A program made the translations under genes and the position numbers. Below the pieces are notes generated by a model. That model made no database searches, had not been told where the DNA came from, and saw only the letters and a program-made list of their open reading frames with translations. From an uncultured Ignavibacteriales bacterium (GTDB taxonomy: Bacteria; Zixibacteria; MSB-5A5; GN15; FEB-12), in contig CAYXJN010000004.1 in NCBI GenBank assembly GCA_964464605.1, positions 304,997 through 324,996 of the forward strand: a stretch of 20,000 bases of DNA, read 5' to 3'. Within the stretch, counting starts at the first letter, position 1; each line of letters starts with the position of its first letter. This document shows positions 1 through 8,713 of the stretch, piece after piece.

Positions 1-418
1 TGCCGATTCCGGCGTCATTTGATTCGTATTCCTCTTCCAATGAGGTGAAATCCTGAAGTCCGAGTCCGACGTTGATAAACGCGCTGCGCCCTATCGGGCC
101 GAAATAGTGATACCATGATGCGCCGGTGAATCCCTGTGCGACGGCGATATCTTCGAATTCTCCTTCGAACTGATACAATACACCGTCACGCAGAAACACG
201 ATCATGTTCTGATTGTCCCAAGCATATCCGATAAGCAAATTAATGCCGAGGCCGGTGTTGCTTTCATCGAAATCAGTATCTTTCTGTTCTATGGTTGCGA
301 CTGGCGCTAATCCGAGACCGCCGCCCATAACGAAACCTCTCCGTTGTCCGTCAAATCCCCAGCTTGCAGTTGAGCAAACAGCGAGAAGCAACAGAGTGAT
401 ACTTACTATGCGTTTCAT
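1..418 (-). CDS. Exported outer-membrane beta-barrel-like protein (3' end runs off the window)
   Basis: Not in the ORF track; translated by hand. ATG at 418 is preceded by GGAGGAG, and the frame is open to the window edge: MKRIVSITLLLLAVCSTASWG-FDGQRRGFVMGGGLGLAPV...GLGINLLIGYAWD...GASWYHYFG...AFINVGLG. It has a signal peptide and Gly/aromatic alternating beta-strands. Confidence 0.75.
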   Translation of the reverse strand, partial: MKRIVSITLLLLAVCSTASWGFDGQRRGFVMGGGLGLAPVATIEQKDTDFDESNTGLGINLLIGYAWDNQNMIVFLRDGVLYQFEGEFEDIAVAQGFTGASWYHYFGPIGRSAFINVGLGLQDFTSLEEEYESNDAGIG

Positions 419-558
419 GGTATTCTCCTCCAGCAATTAGATGCAAAGCGACATTACAAACTTCACAGTCTATTGAACAATCGAAGGACTATTCTCGCCC
501 AAAAAAAATGATGGTAATTATTCTGATGATTTGTATGAACAACAGGCGGATAGCGAAA

Positions 559-1869
559 CTACCGTGCGATTCGTGCAACGAAACGTAAGGTACGTTCACG
601 CGTTATGCGGCGAATTGAGCGGGCAATGTCACCGACATTCCGATTGCCGTTCGTAGACAGCCAGTTGATTACTCTATCGAATAATGACGGTCTGAAATTA
701 CGAATCGGTGACAAACGAGTGTGTGCGCCAATAGCGAACCGATGTCCGCGCCATTCGATCGTACGCTTGAAGAAAGGGATGATCCAGATACCGAACATGA
801 TACACTCTTTCAGTGGCGTCAGTAGGTAGCTGTACCAGGGTAAATCCGATGCCATGACTCTACCCGTTAAAACGCTGAAGAGAGTTTGCGTGAAAATTGT
901 CGCAACGAGAAAAGAGGTGGTCAATTCATTCGGTTGTATCAAAAATAACAGCGCTGACAAAATGATAGGGTGTGAGAACACTTCAGCAACATAATCCCGC
1001 AGGCTGAAATTACGACGCATCAGTCCCCAGCGAATGTGGTGGTTGGCAAAACGGCCAGGCGGCCAGGTTTCGTTGATGCTGTCAATTATCCAAGGGGAAA
1101 TCTTTACTACCAATCCAAGTTTCTTGATTGAAAGGCCGAGCATATGGTCTTCGGCGAGTACATTAGCAAATCGCTCGAAACCGCCGAGCTGGTGTAAGGT
1201 AGCTTTACGGAACAGCATCGATTTGCCGATGCTGATTGAAACGCCGAATAATTTCTTAACCGCGAAAATCGATCCGGCGACGAACGTATTCAAATGTACA
1301 TTCTCGAGCATCGCGCCGAATCCTTTAGCGCCGATGCCGCGAATCGATGACGTTACCAGGCCGACGTTCGGTGAACCCATTTCGGTCATCATGGCGCGCA
1401 GGTATTCAGGTCGAACCCGAACGTTGCTGTCACTGATAACTAAATACTCATGTTCTGCATGTACGACGATATTGGCAAGGTTGTTGATCTTCGGGTTTAA
1501 GCCGATTCGACGGTCAGAGACAATTACCTGTGCCGGAATATGCGGGTATCGGCGGCAGAGGGAATCGACAATCGGAATGACCTGGTCGCTGCTTTCGGCA
1601 ACGCCGAAGAGCAACTGATATTCCGGATAATCTAATTGAAAAAAGGATTCGAGATTTTTTTCGATCTGGTCATCAAGCCCTTTTAACGGCTTGAGTACCG
1701 TTATCGGCGGCAAGTATGCAGCGGAAGCGGCGCCTTTTGGTTTGCGGGTTTGTTTCCACAGCTGAAACAACGAAATGAAGCTGTAGAACAATCCGAACAG
1801 GATCGCGCCTGAAAACAGTATGAGTATTGCGGAATTCATGGCCATATTCTTTCTCTTTATAACGGCCAT
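559..1869 (-). CDS. Ceramide glucosyltransferase / HpnI-like glycosyltransferase (GT21/GT2 fold)
   Basis: N-terminal TM helix; motifs KPLKG, NPKINNL, ISDSNV, GKSM, LAEDH and HHIRW (R/HxxRW); C-terminal TMs followed by WRG. The true start may be ATG 1845 or 1839, after an AAAGAGAAAG tract. Confidence 0.85.
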   Translation of the reverse strand: MAVIKRKNMAMNSAILILFSGAILFGLFYSFISLFQLWKQTRKPKGAASAAYLPPITVLKPLKGLDDQIEKNLESFFQLDYPEYQLLFGVAESSDQVIPIVDSLCRRYPHIPAQVIVSDRRIGLNPKINNLANIVVHAEHEYLVISDSNVRVRPEYLRAMMTEMGSPNVGLVTSSIRGIGAKGFGAMLENVHLNTFVAGSIFAVKKLFGVSISIGKSMLFRKATLHQLGGFERFANVLAEDHMLGLSIKKLGLVVKISPWIIDSINETWPPGRFANHHIRWGLMRRNFSLRDYVAEVFSHPIILSALLFLIQPNELTTSFLVATIFTQTLFSVLTGRVMASDLPWYSYLLTPLKECIMFGIWIIPFFKRTIEWRGHRFAIGAHTRLSPIRNFRPSLFDRVINWLSTNGNRNVGDIARSIRRITRERTLRFVARIAR

Positions 1870-1934
1870 AACAACAACAAAGATTATTAGTTGTTAACGA
1901 GATGCTCGTTAGGGAATTGTTAGACGGAAAGTGT

Positions 1935-3218
1935 TTAGTCTGAAAGCAGTTGGCGGTTTTGAATGTAGGTGCGATAAAACTCGCCACTCGGTTTTATGTT
2001 CCGATGCAGCCCGTTTGAAAAGTCGACGGCAATCAATCCGAATTTCGCCGAGGTACCGATCAGCCATTCGTAATTGTCTAAGAAGCTCCAGTGGTAATAG
2101 CCGGTAATCGGCCGTCCTTCGGCAATCAGTTTTTGTACCGTTCCTAAATGCAGCTGCAAGTAGCGAATTCGCTGGGTGTCATCGGCAACGGCGATGCCGT
2201 TTTCTGTAACAATCAACGGTTTGCCGGTCGGAGCGAGCCACTTACAGACTTTCTCCAACCCGCGCGGATAAATTTCCCAGCCTAAATCCGAGACTCCTTT
2301 TTTCGGGTTAGCCTTGAAAAAGAAATCGAAGGGACGTCGGACATTGAAACGAAAACGGACACGCATCCGGTAGTAATAGTTTATCCCCCAGAAATCGATT
2401 TTGTCATCGAGTGAAATCGGGGAGTCATACCGGATCAAAAAAGGAAATCGAAACTGAAGGCGATTTGATTTGAATGCTTGCGGCAACATCATGTTGTAAA
2501 AATAATGGACTTTCCGTTTCGCCGCCTCATCCATGACGTTTCCTTTTCTGTCCACGCGAAAAGAAATGAAGTTGTGGGCAATACCGATATTGGTATTCGG
2601 GTATTTGCTTTTGATATAATCATACGCTTCCCGGTGCGCCATCAGCATGTTGTGCAAAGCCTGCATTAGATGGTCTAAATTCTTTTCTCCGGGCGGAAAT
2701 TTTGCATCTCCGTATCCGGCCAATAACCATACGAGCGGTTCATTGATTGTTACGATATAGGGGACACGATCAAGCAGACGGTTGGTGACTAATTCGACAT
2801 ACTTCATGAACTGCCCAACGGAACTCGGCCGGTGCCAGGGAGTTCGTTCGATGAACCAGTGGGGATGAGTAAAATGATGCAGCGTGACCATCGGCGTAAT
2901 ACCCAAAGCCAAAAGCCGGTCGATCATATGGCTGTATTGATCGAGTGCCGCCTGATTGATTACTCCCGGCTCCGGTTCGATGCGTGCCCACTCGATAGAA
3001 AAGCGGTAGCTGTTTACGCCGAGCTGCGGGAGCATTGAGAAATCGGATTCCCAACGTTTCCAGTGATCGGCTGCAGCGCCGACTGAATAATCATGTCCGT
3101 TATCTTTGTTGCGGTCTAACCGGGACCAAACGGCATGATCGTTTTCAATATCCCCTTCGATTTGGTACGAGGAGGTAGCAACGCCCCACAGGAAATTGTG
3201 TTCGCCATTTTCAGTCAT
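1935..3218 (-). CDS. Glycoside hydrolase family 1 beta-glucosidase
   Basis: Motifs FLWGVATSSYQIEG, YRFSIEWARIEP, TLHHF, acid/base TINEP, nucleophile VTENG and WSFLDNYEW; no signal peptide. Confidence 0.93.
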   Translation of the reverse strand: MTENGEHNFLWGVATSSYQIEGDIENDHAVWSRLDRNKDNGHDYSVGAAADHWKRWESDFSMLPQLGVNSYRFSIEWARIEPEPGVINQAALDQYSHMIDRLLALGITPMVTLHHFTHPHWFIERTPWHRPSSVGQFMKYVELVTNRLLDRVPYIVTINEPLVWLLAGYGDAKFPPGEKNLDHLMQALHNMLMAHREAYDYIKSKYPNTNIGIAHNFISFRVDRKGNVMDEAAKRKVHYFYNMMLPQAFKSNRLQFRFPFLIRYDSPISLDDKIDFWGINYYYRMRVRFRFNVRRPFDFFFKANPKKGVSDLGWEIYPRGLEKVCKWLAPTGKPLIVTENGIAVADDTQRIRYLQLHLGTVQKLIAEGRPITGYYHWSFLDNYEWLIGTSAKFGLIAVDFSNGLHRNIKPSGEFYRTYIQNRQLLSD

Positions 3219-3223
3219 AGTGA

Positions 3224-3252
3224 AAAGTAAAATGAGTCGACAAAACGGTCAA
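3224..3252 (-). promoter_or_regulatory. Sigma70-type promoter of the GH1 gene (probably leaderless)
   Basis: Minus strand TTGACC-N17-TACTTT, followed by only 5 nt before the ATG at 3218; no SD. Confidence 0.55.
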
Positions 3253-3283
3253 CCAAAGAGATTTTGCACAGTTGAAGTGCTGG

Positions 3284-3311
3284 TTGACTTCCGCTGGTAA
3301 CTGTCTATCTT
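3284..3311 (+). promoter_or_regulatory. Sigma70-type promoter, divergent from the GH1 promoter
   Basis: TTGACT(3284-3289)-N16-TATCTT(3306-3311); the ATG at 3322 follows after 10 nt. Confidence 0.5.
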
Positions 3312-3321
3312 GTCGCCACCT

Positions 3322-4845
3322 ATGCTGCCAATTCGATTGCTTGTTATCTGTTGTATTATCGTCATCGCCGGTGTCTCGCATGCCCAGCGAGCAATTGAGC
3401 CGGTACAAAAAATTACCGACTTTCGTCCGGTTGGCCAGCTTCGACTCTGGACATTTATTCAGCGGGATACGGTAATCGGTCGTTTGACTTCGACCATCAA
3501 AGATACGGATACAAAAGGGGACTCATCGGCGGTTGTCATCGCGCAGACCCTGACTTTAGACTACACCAAAATCGGCCAGACACTGCAATTGACCACGTCC
3601 GGCGAGCGGTTCCTTTCCGAACGGGGAACATATCTCGGTGATGAGTTAACTATTACTATTAATGGAGAGCTCGGCCACCTTAATCTTGAGCGTAAGGGGT
3701 CGGAAGTTACTGGTGAGCAATTACACGCAGGCGGGGAAGAGGCAATCACCCGTTCCGTGGGCGTCAACCAGCAAGCATTCGATGCTGATTTTTACGACCA
3801 ACTTGAAATCTATTTAGCGCTACGCGGAATGAAAGTCGGAGATGGATTTACCGACACGCTTTTCTCTCCGCAGATTCAGCTGCCGACAATCGTGGAAATG
3901 CGTGTCGAAGAATTCAAGCCGATGCGGATTTACAACCAGTTGATCGAATCGACATTTGTTATTCAGATGACTCAACCACAGCGGGGAACGCTGTTGTTTA
4001 CGCCGGACAGGCGGTTGATAAAAATCGATATCCCTGATTTGAAACGAAAAGTGTATCTGGATCAAGTGAGCGGTGCGAAAGCCGAACTGAAAGATACTAC
4101 CGGAGCAGCACCCCAAATTCCCAAGCTGCCGGAAATACCGCTACGGGTAAGACTTTTGGCGACGTTACCGCATGCTATCACTTACTCACTATTTGCGCTT
4201 GTTGCGATGCTGTTGTTCGTGACTTCGCATATTCGCAAAGGGTTTGTCTGGATCGCTGCACTAACCGGGATTGCCGCTTTTATTCCGCTGCATTATCTGC
4301 AAACACCGGTTCAGGGTTGGATTGTCGAGTCGATTTTCATTCCGCAATTGAAAGCGGGCGGTTCTCCGTTCTTTTGGGCAGTGTTGCCGGCGGTTGTTGT
4401 CGGATTCATGCAGGAGATAGTCAAATTTGGCGCGCTTTCGATGTTTACTTCGACTCGTAAGTCACGACCGTATGTTTTTGCGGTTATCGGTGCTGCTATA
4501 GGGGCAGGGTTCGGATTGGTCGAAGCAATCATGATGACCGCCAGCTTCGGTGTCATGCCGCTTTTCACCGCGTCGCTGTCTGAACGTGGATTTCTTATCT
4601 TGTTTCACGCCGCTGCCGGAGCATTGGTCGGCAGGGGACTATCGCAGGATCGCCAATCGGCCGTTATTGCATTGGTCATTACAACTTTGATTAACAGCCT
4701 GTTGCGCTATCTGCCGGTCTTTGCGCAAGCGAAGATGGCGGATGTTACCCTGCTCTATATTATCTACGGTCTAATTGTCTTGGTGCTCGTTGCAATTACC
4801 TGGATACAGTCGAAAAAACCGCTTCATTCCCCTGACAAGCTCTAA
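3322..4845 (+). CDS. Membrane protein: exported beta-rich N-domain fused to a YhfC/PrsW-like intramembrane protease domain with degenerate motifs
   Basis: Signal peptide ending VSHA-Q, a ~250-aa soluble domain, then ~7-8 TMs with QEIVK, GAGFGLVE and ERGFLILFH. ATG 3322 is preferred over the track's TTG 3310, which overlaps the -10 box. Confidence 0.7.
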   Translation: MLPIRLLVICCIIVIAGVSHAQRAIEPVQKITDFRPVGQLRLWTFIQRDTVIGRLTSTIKDTDTKGDSSAVVIAQTLTLDYTKIGQTLQLTTSGERFLSERGTYLGDELTITINGELGHLNLERKGSEVTGEQLHAGGEEAITRSVGVNQQAFDADFYDQLEIYLALRGMKVGDGFTDTLFSPQIQLPTIVEMRVEEFKPMRIYNQLIESTFVIQMTQPQRGTLLFTPDRRLIKIDIPDLKRKVYLDQVSGAKAELKDTTGAAPQIPKLPEIPLRVRLLATLPHAITYSLFALVAMLLFVTSHIRKGFVWIAALTGIAAFIPLHYLQTPVQGWIVESIFIPQLKAGGSPFFWAVLPAVVVGFMQEIVKFGALSMFTSTRKSRPYVFAVIGAAIGAGFGLVEAIMMTASFGVMPLFTASLSERGFLILFHAAAGALVGRGLSQDRQSAVIALVITTLINSLLRYLPVFAQAKMADVTLLYIIYGLIVLVLVAITWIQSKKPLHSPDKL

Positions 4846-4871
4846 AAAAGAAACAAAAAAACTGCCGATAA
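4843..4871 (+). promoter_or_regulatory. Possible sigma28 (FliA/WhiG)-type promoter
   Basis: Perfect GCCGATAA -10 box at 4864-4871. TAAA lies at 4843-4846 in an A-tract, a spacing of 17 versus the canonical 15. Confidence 0.3.
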
Positions 4872-4880
4872 TAATAGAAC

Positions 4881-6143
4881 ATGCACATCTGTTTATTCGA
4901 AGATAACAAATACCGGGATTTTAATCCGATTGCTCTGACCCGTCCGGTCTATTTGTTGCGTAATGGAATTTTGCCGTTGTATCAGCGTATCAACCGTTGG
5001 TTCGCACCGGATACGCTTTCCTTCGCCATGCGTAATGACATCGCTCCCTTGATTGCCGAAACATTTCCTGCCATACCGGTGAATATCATCAAGCATGGCG
5101 GGCAGCCGGTATTGTTTCTCAACGGGCGTTTACGAAATCCCGGCAATCTGCAGTCACTATTGAAAGAAACAAAGTTTGTTACGGTGCTGAAATCCGAGGT
5201 CAGTACTGTCGGTGTCTGGTTTCCAAGCGGAGTCATTACCGATTTACCACCGGTAACTACTCCTGATACCTACTCTGCATATGTCGATGCGCATAAAGAT
5301 TCTGTTCTCGAAGTTGAAACGACGGCGACGTTGTACAATTATCTGTGGGATTTCGTGAATGATATCGATGCGGAAATCATCGCTGATTTTACGCATTTGA
5401 AACCATCCACCGGTAAAGGAAATGCCACAATTCACCCCGGTGCATATATCCTGAATGAATCGCAGGTTCATCTTTCTGATGGCGTAGTGATTTTTCCGGC
5501 TTCAGTCATCGATGCCACCAAAGGGCCGGTCTATATCGGCAACAATGTTCGTATCGAATCACACGCCGCGATTGTCGGTCCCTGTTATATCGGTGACGAC
5601 ACAATTGTACTGGCGGGCAAAATTGTCGGGTCATCGATCGGTCCGGTCTGCCGGGTCGGTGGTGAAGTAGAGGAGTCGATCTTCTTCGGCTATGTGAATA
5701 AATACCATGCCGGATTTATCGGACATTCGGTTGTCGGCGCGTGGGTGAACTTCGGCGCAATGACAACAAATTCTGATTTGAAGAATAATTATTCCGCTAT
5801 TCGTGTTTCGGTGAATGGCTCGATGGTCGACACCGGTTCAATCAAAGTCGGTTCCTTTATCGGCGACCATACAAAGTTTGGCATCGGCACGCTTTTGAAT
5901 ACCGGCATTTCAATCGGTATCGCCTGTAATCTGTTTGGCGGCGTTTTGGTGACCGACAAAGAAATCAAATCATTCAGTTGGGGTCCGGTGAAAGACTGGA
6001 AACGGTATGATATCGAAAAGGCAATCGAAACCGCCGCACTGACAATGGGGCGCCGGAAGCGGACACTCAGTGAACGGGAAAGCAATATCCTTCGTGCAAT
6101 TTTCAACAAAACCGAATCCGAAACCGGCGTGTTGACTTGGTGA
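4881..6143 (+). CDS. GlmU-like putative sugar nucleotidyltransferase with left-handed beta-helix (NTP_transf_4-type N-terminus)
   Basis: N-terminus ICLFED...FNPIALTRPVYLLRNGIL; hexapeptide repeats; C-terminal GGEVEES, NKYHAGFIGHS and GAMTTNSDLKNNY. Confidence 0.8.
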   Translation: MHICLFEDNKYRDFNPIALTRPVYLLRNGILPLYQRINRWFAPDTLSFAMRNDIAPLIAETFPAIPVNIIKHGGQPVLFLNGRLRNPGNLQSLLKETKFVTVLKSEVSTVGVWFPSGVITDLPPVTTPDTYSAYVDAHKDSVLEVETTATLYNYLWDFVNDIDAEIIADFTHLKPSTGKGNATIHPGAYILNESQVHLSDGVVIFPASVIDATKGPVYIGNNVRIESHAAIVGPCYIGDDTIVLAGKIVGSSIGPVCRVGGEVEESIFFGYVNKYHAGFIGHSVVGAWVNFGAMTTNSDLKNNYSAIRVSVNGSMVDTGSIKVGSFIGDHTKFGIGTLLNTGISIGIACNLFGGVLVTDKEIKSFSWGPVKDWKRYDIEKAIETAALTMGRRKRTLSERESNILRAIFNKTESETGVLTW

Positions 6144-6185
6144 TACGCAAACCAATATCTTTCGGTATGACACCACGAGATTCAA

Positions 6186-7232
6186 ATGCCTGAACTTCGC
6201 AAAGACCCGATTACCGGGCGGTGGGTTATTATTGCAACCGAGCGGGGAAGACGTCCCTCTTCGTATAGCTCAGTATCCAAACGAATGCATGCTTCCATGT
6301 GTCCGTTTTGTCCCGGTCAGGAAAACCAGACTCCGCCGGAAACATTAGCCTATCGCGGAAACGGCTCTCACCCGAATCAACCCGGTTGGACATTACGCGT
6401 TATTTCAAACAAATATCCAGCCTTGCGCGTGGAAGGGACACTTAATCGTTCGCCACACGGTTTGTATGACATGATGACCGGTATCGGCGCGCATGAGGTG
6501 ATAATTGAAACACCGGATCATGCGCATGATATTGTCGATATGTCGGATACGGCGGTGCGGGATATTTTCTTCGCCTACCGTGACCGGATGATCGATTTGG
6601 AAAAAGACAGCCGTTTCAAATACATTCTTATTTTCAAAAATCATGGGGAAGCAGCCGGTGCTTCGCTTGAACATTCCCACAGCCAGCTTATCGCTACTCC
6701 GATTATTCCAAAGTTAGTATTGGAAGAACTCGACGGCTCCAAGAAATATTATGATTTCAAAGAGCGGTGTGTTTTCTGCGACATAATTCGTCAGGAGTTG
6801 ACCTCCCGCGAACGGATGGTGCGGGATTATGATTCCTTCATCGGTATTCAACCGTATGCGCCACGCTTTCCGTTTGAAACTTGGATTTTGCCGAAAGAGC
6901 ATCAGTCCAGTTTTCTGGAAATGAGTGATGGTGATTATCTGACCTTGGCCAGATGTTTCAAAGATGTTCTGGCTCGTTTGAAAGTCGCGCTCAACGACCC
7001 GCCTTTCAATTACATTTTGCATACCCGACCGATAGCAAAAGACCATCAGGTCTATTATCACTGGCACTTTGAAGTTTTTCCGAAATTGACCAAAGTAGCC
7101 GGGTTCGAGTGGGGTTCCGGTTTTTATATCAATTCGACCACACCGGAAGAATCCGCCTCGTATCTGCGGGAAGTTGATATCTCGCAGGCTGCATCTGTTT
7201 CCGCCACCGAGACACGCCCGACCTCCAGTTGA
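6186..7232 (+). CDS. galT: GalT-family nucleotidyltransferase (galactose-1-P uridylyltransferase / ADP-glucose phosphorylase-like)
   Basis: Motifs ELRKDPITGRWVIIATER, CPFCPG, NKYPAL, HEVIIE, FKNHG..AGASLEHSHSQ (HxHxQ), CVFC and AGFEWGSG. Confidence 0.9.
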   Translation: MPELRKDPITGRWVIIATERGRRPSSYSSVSKRMHASMCPFCPGQENQTPPETLAYRGNGSHPNQPGWTLRVISNKYPALRVEGTLNRSPHGLYDMMTGIGAHEVIIETPDHAHDIVDMSDTAVRDIFFAYRDRMIDLEKDSRFKYILIFKNHGEAAGASLEHSHSQLIATPIIPKLVLEELDGSKKYYDFKERCVFCDIIRQELTSRERMVRDYDSFIGIQPYAPRFPFETWILPKEHQSSFLEMSDGDYLTLARCFKDVLARLKVALNDPPFNYILHTRPIAKDHQVYYHWHFEVFPKLTKVAGFEWGSGFYINSTTPEESASYLREVDISQAASVSATETRPTSS

Positions 7233-7241
7233 TTTTCCCGT

Positions 7242-8705
7242 ATGACCATCGTTGAAGTTGCCTCCGAAGCGGCGCCATTTTCCAAAACCGGCGGGCTTGG
7301 CGATGTATTAGGTGCGCTCCCGCGTGAGCTGGCTAAACAGGGGGAGCGGGTTTTGCTGTTTCTACCGCGTTACAGCGATATGGATGCCTCATCACTTGCT
7401 ATGCAGCGTGTCAGTTTGCAGAGCACTGTGCAAATAGGGAAAAAGAGCCTTCCGATTATTCTCGATATCGCCAAAGATAAACGCACCAAACTCGAATATT
7501 ACTTTGTTTACCATGATGATTATTTCACCCGCCCCGGTATATACCAAAATCCGAATACGGGAGAAGATTTTCCGGACAATGTCGAACGGTTTGTGTTTTT
7601 CGTTCAAGCCGTGCTTGCTGCCGTTAAGGAATTAGGCGTACAGCCGGATGTTTTTCATGTGCATGACTGGCAGGCGGCGATGCTTCCGGTCTATCTGAAA
7701 ACAAATTATTCGCATGATCCTGTTCTCTCACGCGCACGCTCGGTATTGACGATTCACAACATGGCGTATCAGGGGAATTTTGCGGCTGAAACATTTCCAG
7801 CGCTCGGCCTGCCGGAATCCTATTTTTATGCCACCGGCCCGCTTGAGTATTACAATCGCGTCAATTTCTTGAAAGCGGGAATTCTGTTTGCCGACCGGAT
7901 TACGACAGTTTCCAAAACCTACGCTCAGGAGATTCAATCTTCCCCTGAGTTAGGCGCCGGACTGGATGGAGTGCTTCGTCAGCGTACGCAGGATCTCACC
8001 GGTATTTTAAACGGCGTTGATTACACAATCTGGTCACCATCGCGGGATAAACTGATTCCGTATACCTATTATCCGGCTAATTTATCGGGGAAGCAGAAGG
8101 ATAAAATAGAACTTTTGCATACACTCAAGCTGCCGCACCGTAGTAAAGCGCCGCTCATCGGCATTATCTCACGCTTAGTCGAGCAAAAAGGGCTGGATCT
8201 GATCGCAAACGGCGCTGACCAATTGCTGTCGCGTGATATTCAATTACTTGTGCTCGGTTCAGGCGAGGAGCGATACCAAAAACTCTTTTTGGATTTACAG
8301 GAACGCTACCCGGATAAAGTGAGAGTCTTTATCGCCTTTGATACTATATTGTCGCATCGTATCGAGGCGGCAGCCGATCTGTTTTTAATGCCCTCCCGGT
8401 TTGAACCGTGCGGGCTAAATCAGTTGTATTCCCTCAAGTACGGAACGATTCCGATTGTTCACAAAGTAGGGGGGCTTGCTGATACGGTGATTGACTATAC
8501 CGAATCGACCGGTAAAGGAACTGGCTTTGTTTTTTCCGCGTATACTGCTGAGGCGATGCTTACCGCTGTTGACCGGGCGATTGCCGCTTTTCAGCGTCGC
8601 AAGCAATGGATTACACTGATGAAACAGGGGATGAAGCAGAATTTTTCCTGGGACAGCAGTTCACGGCAATATGTTCAGTTGTTTACCGACCTCAAAAAGA
8701 GTTAG
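7242..8705 (+). CDS. glgA: Glycogen synthase (GT5)
   Basis: Motifs KTGGLGDV, HDWQ, TIHNMAYQG, GILNGVD, SRLVEQKG, PSRFEPCGLNQ and GGLADTV. Confidence 0.95.
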   Translation: MTIVEVASEAAPFSKTGGLGDVLGALPRELAKQGERVLLFLPRYSDMDASSLAMQRVSLQSTVQIGKKSLPIILDIAKDKRTKLEYYFVYHDDYFTRPGIYQNPNTGEDFPDNVERFVFFVQAVLAAVKELGVQPDVFHVHDWQAAMLPVYLKTNYSHDPVLSRARSVLTIHNMAYQGNFAAETFPALGLPESYFYATGPLEYYNRVNFLKAGILFADRITTVSKTYAQEIQSSPELGAGLDGVLRQRTQDLTGILNGVDYTIWSPSRDKLIPYTYYPANLSGKQKDKIELLHTLKLPHRSKAPLIGIISRLVEQKGLDLIANGADQLLSRDIQLLVLGSGEERYQKLFLDLQERYPDKVRVFIAFDTILSHRIEAAADLFLMPSRFEPCGLNQLYSLKYGTIPIVHKVGGLADTVIDYTESTGKGTGFVFSAYTAEAMLTAVDRAIAAFQRRKQWITLMKQGMKQNFSWDSSSRQYVQLFTDLKKS

Positions 8706-8713
8706 ATTAGCGC

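Noticed and set aside
213..440. 75-aa plus-strand ORF
   Set aside because: It is the shadow of the minus-strand beta-barrel gene starting at 418, which has a strong SD and signal peptide.
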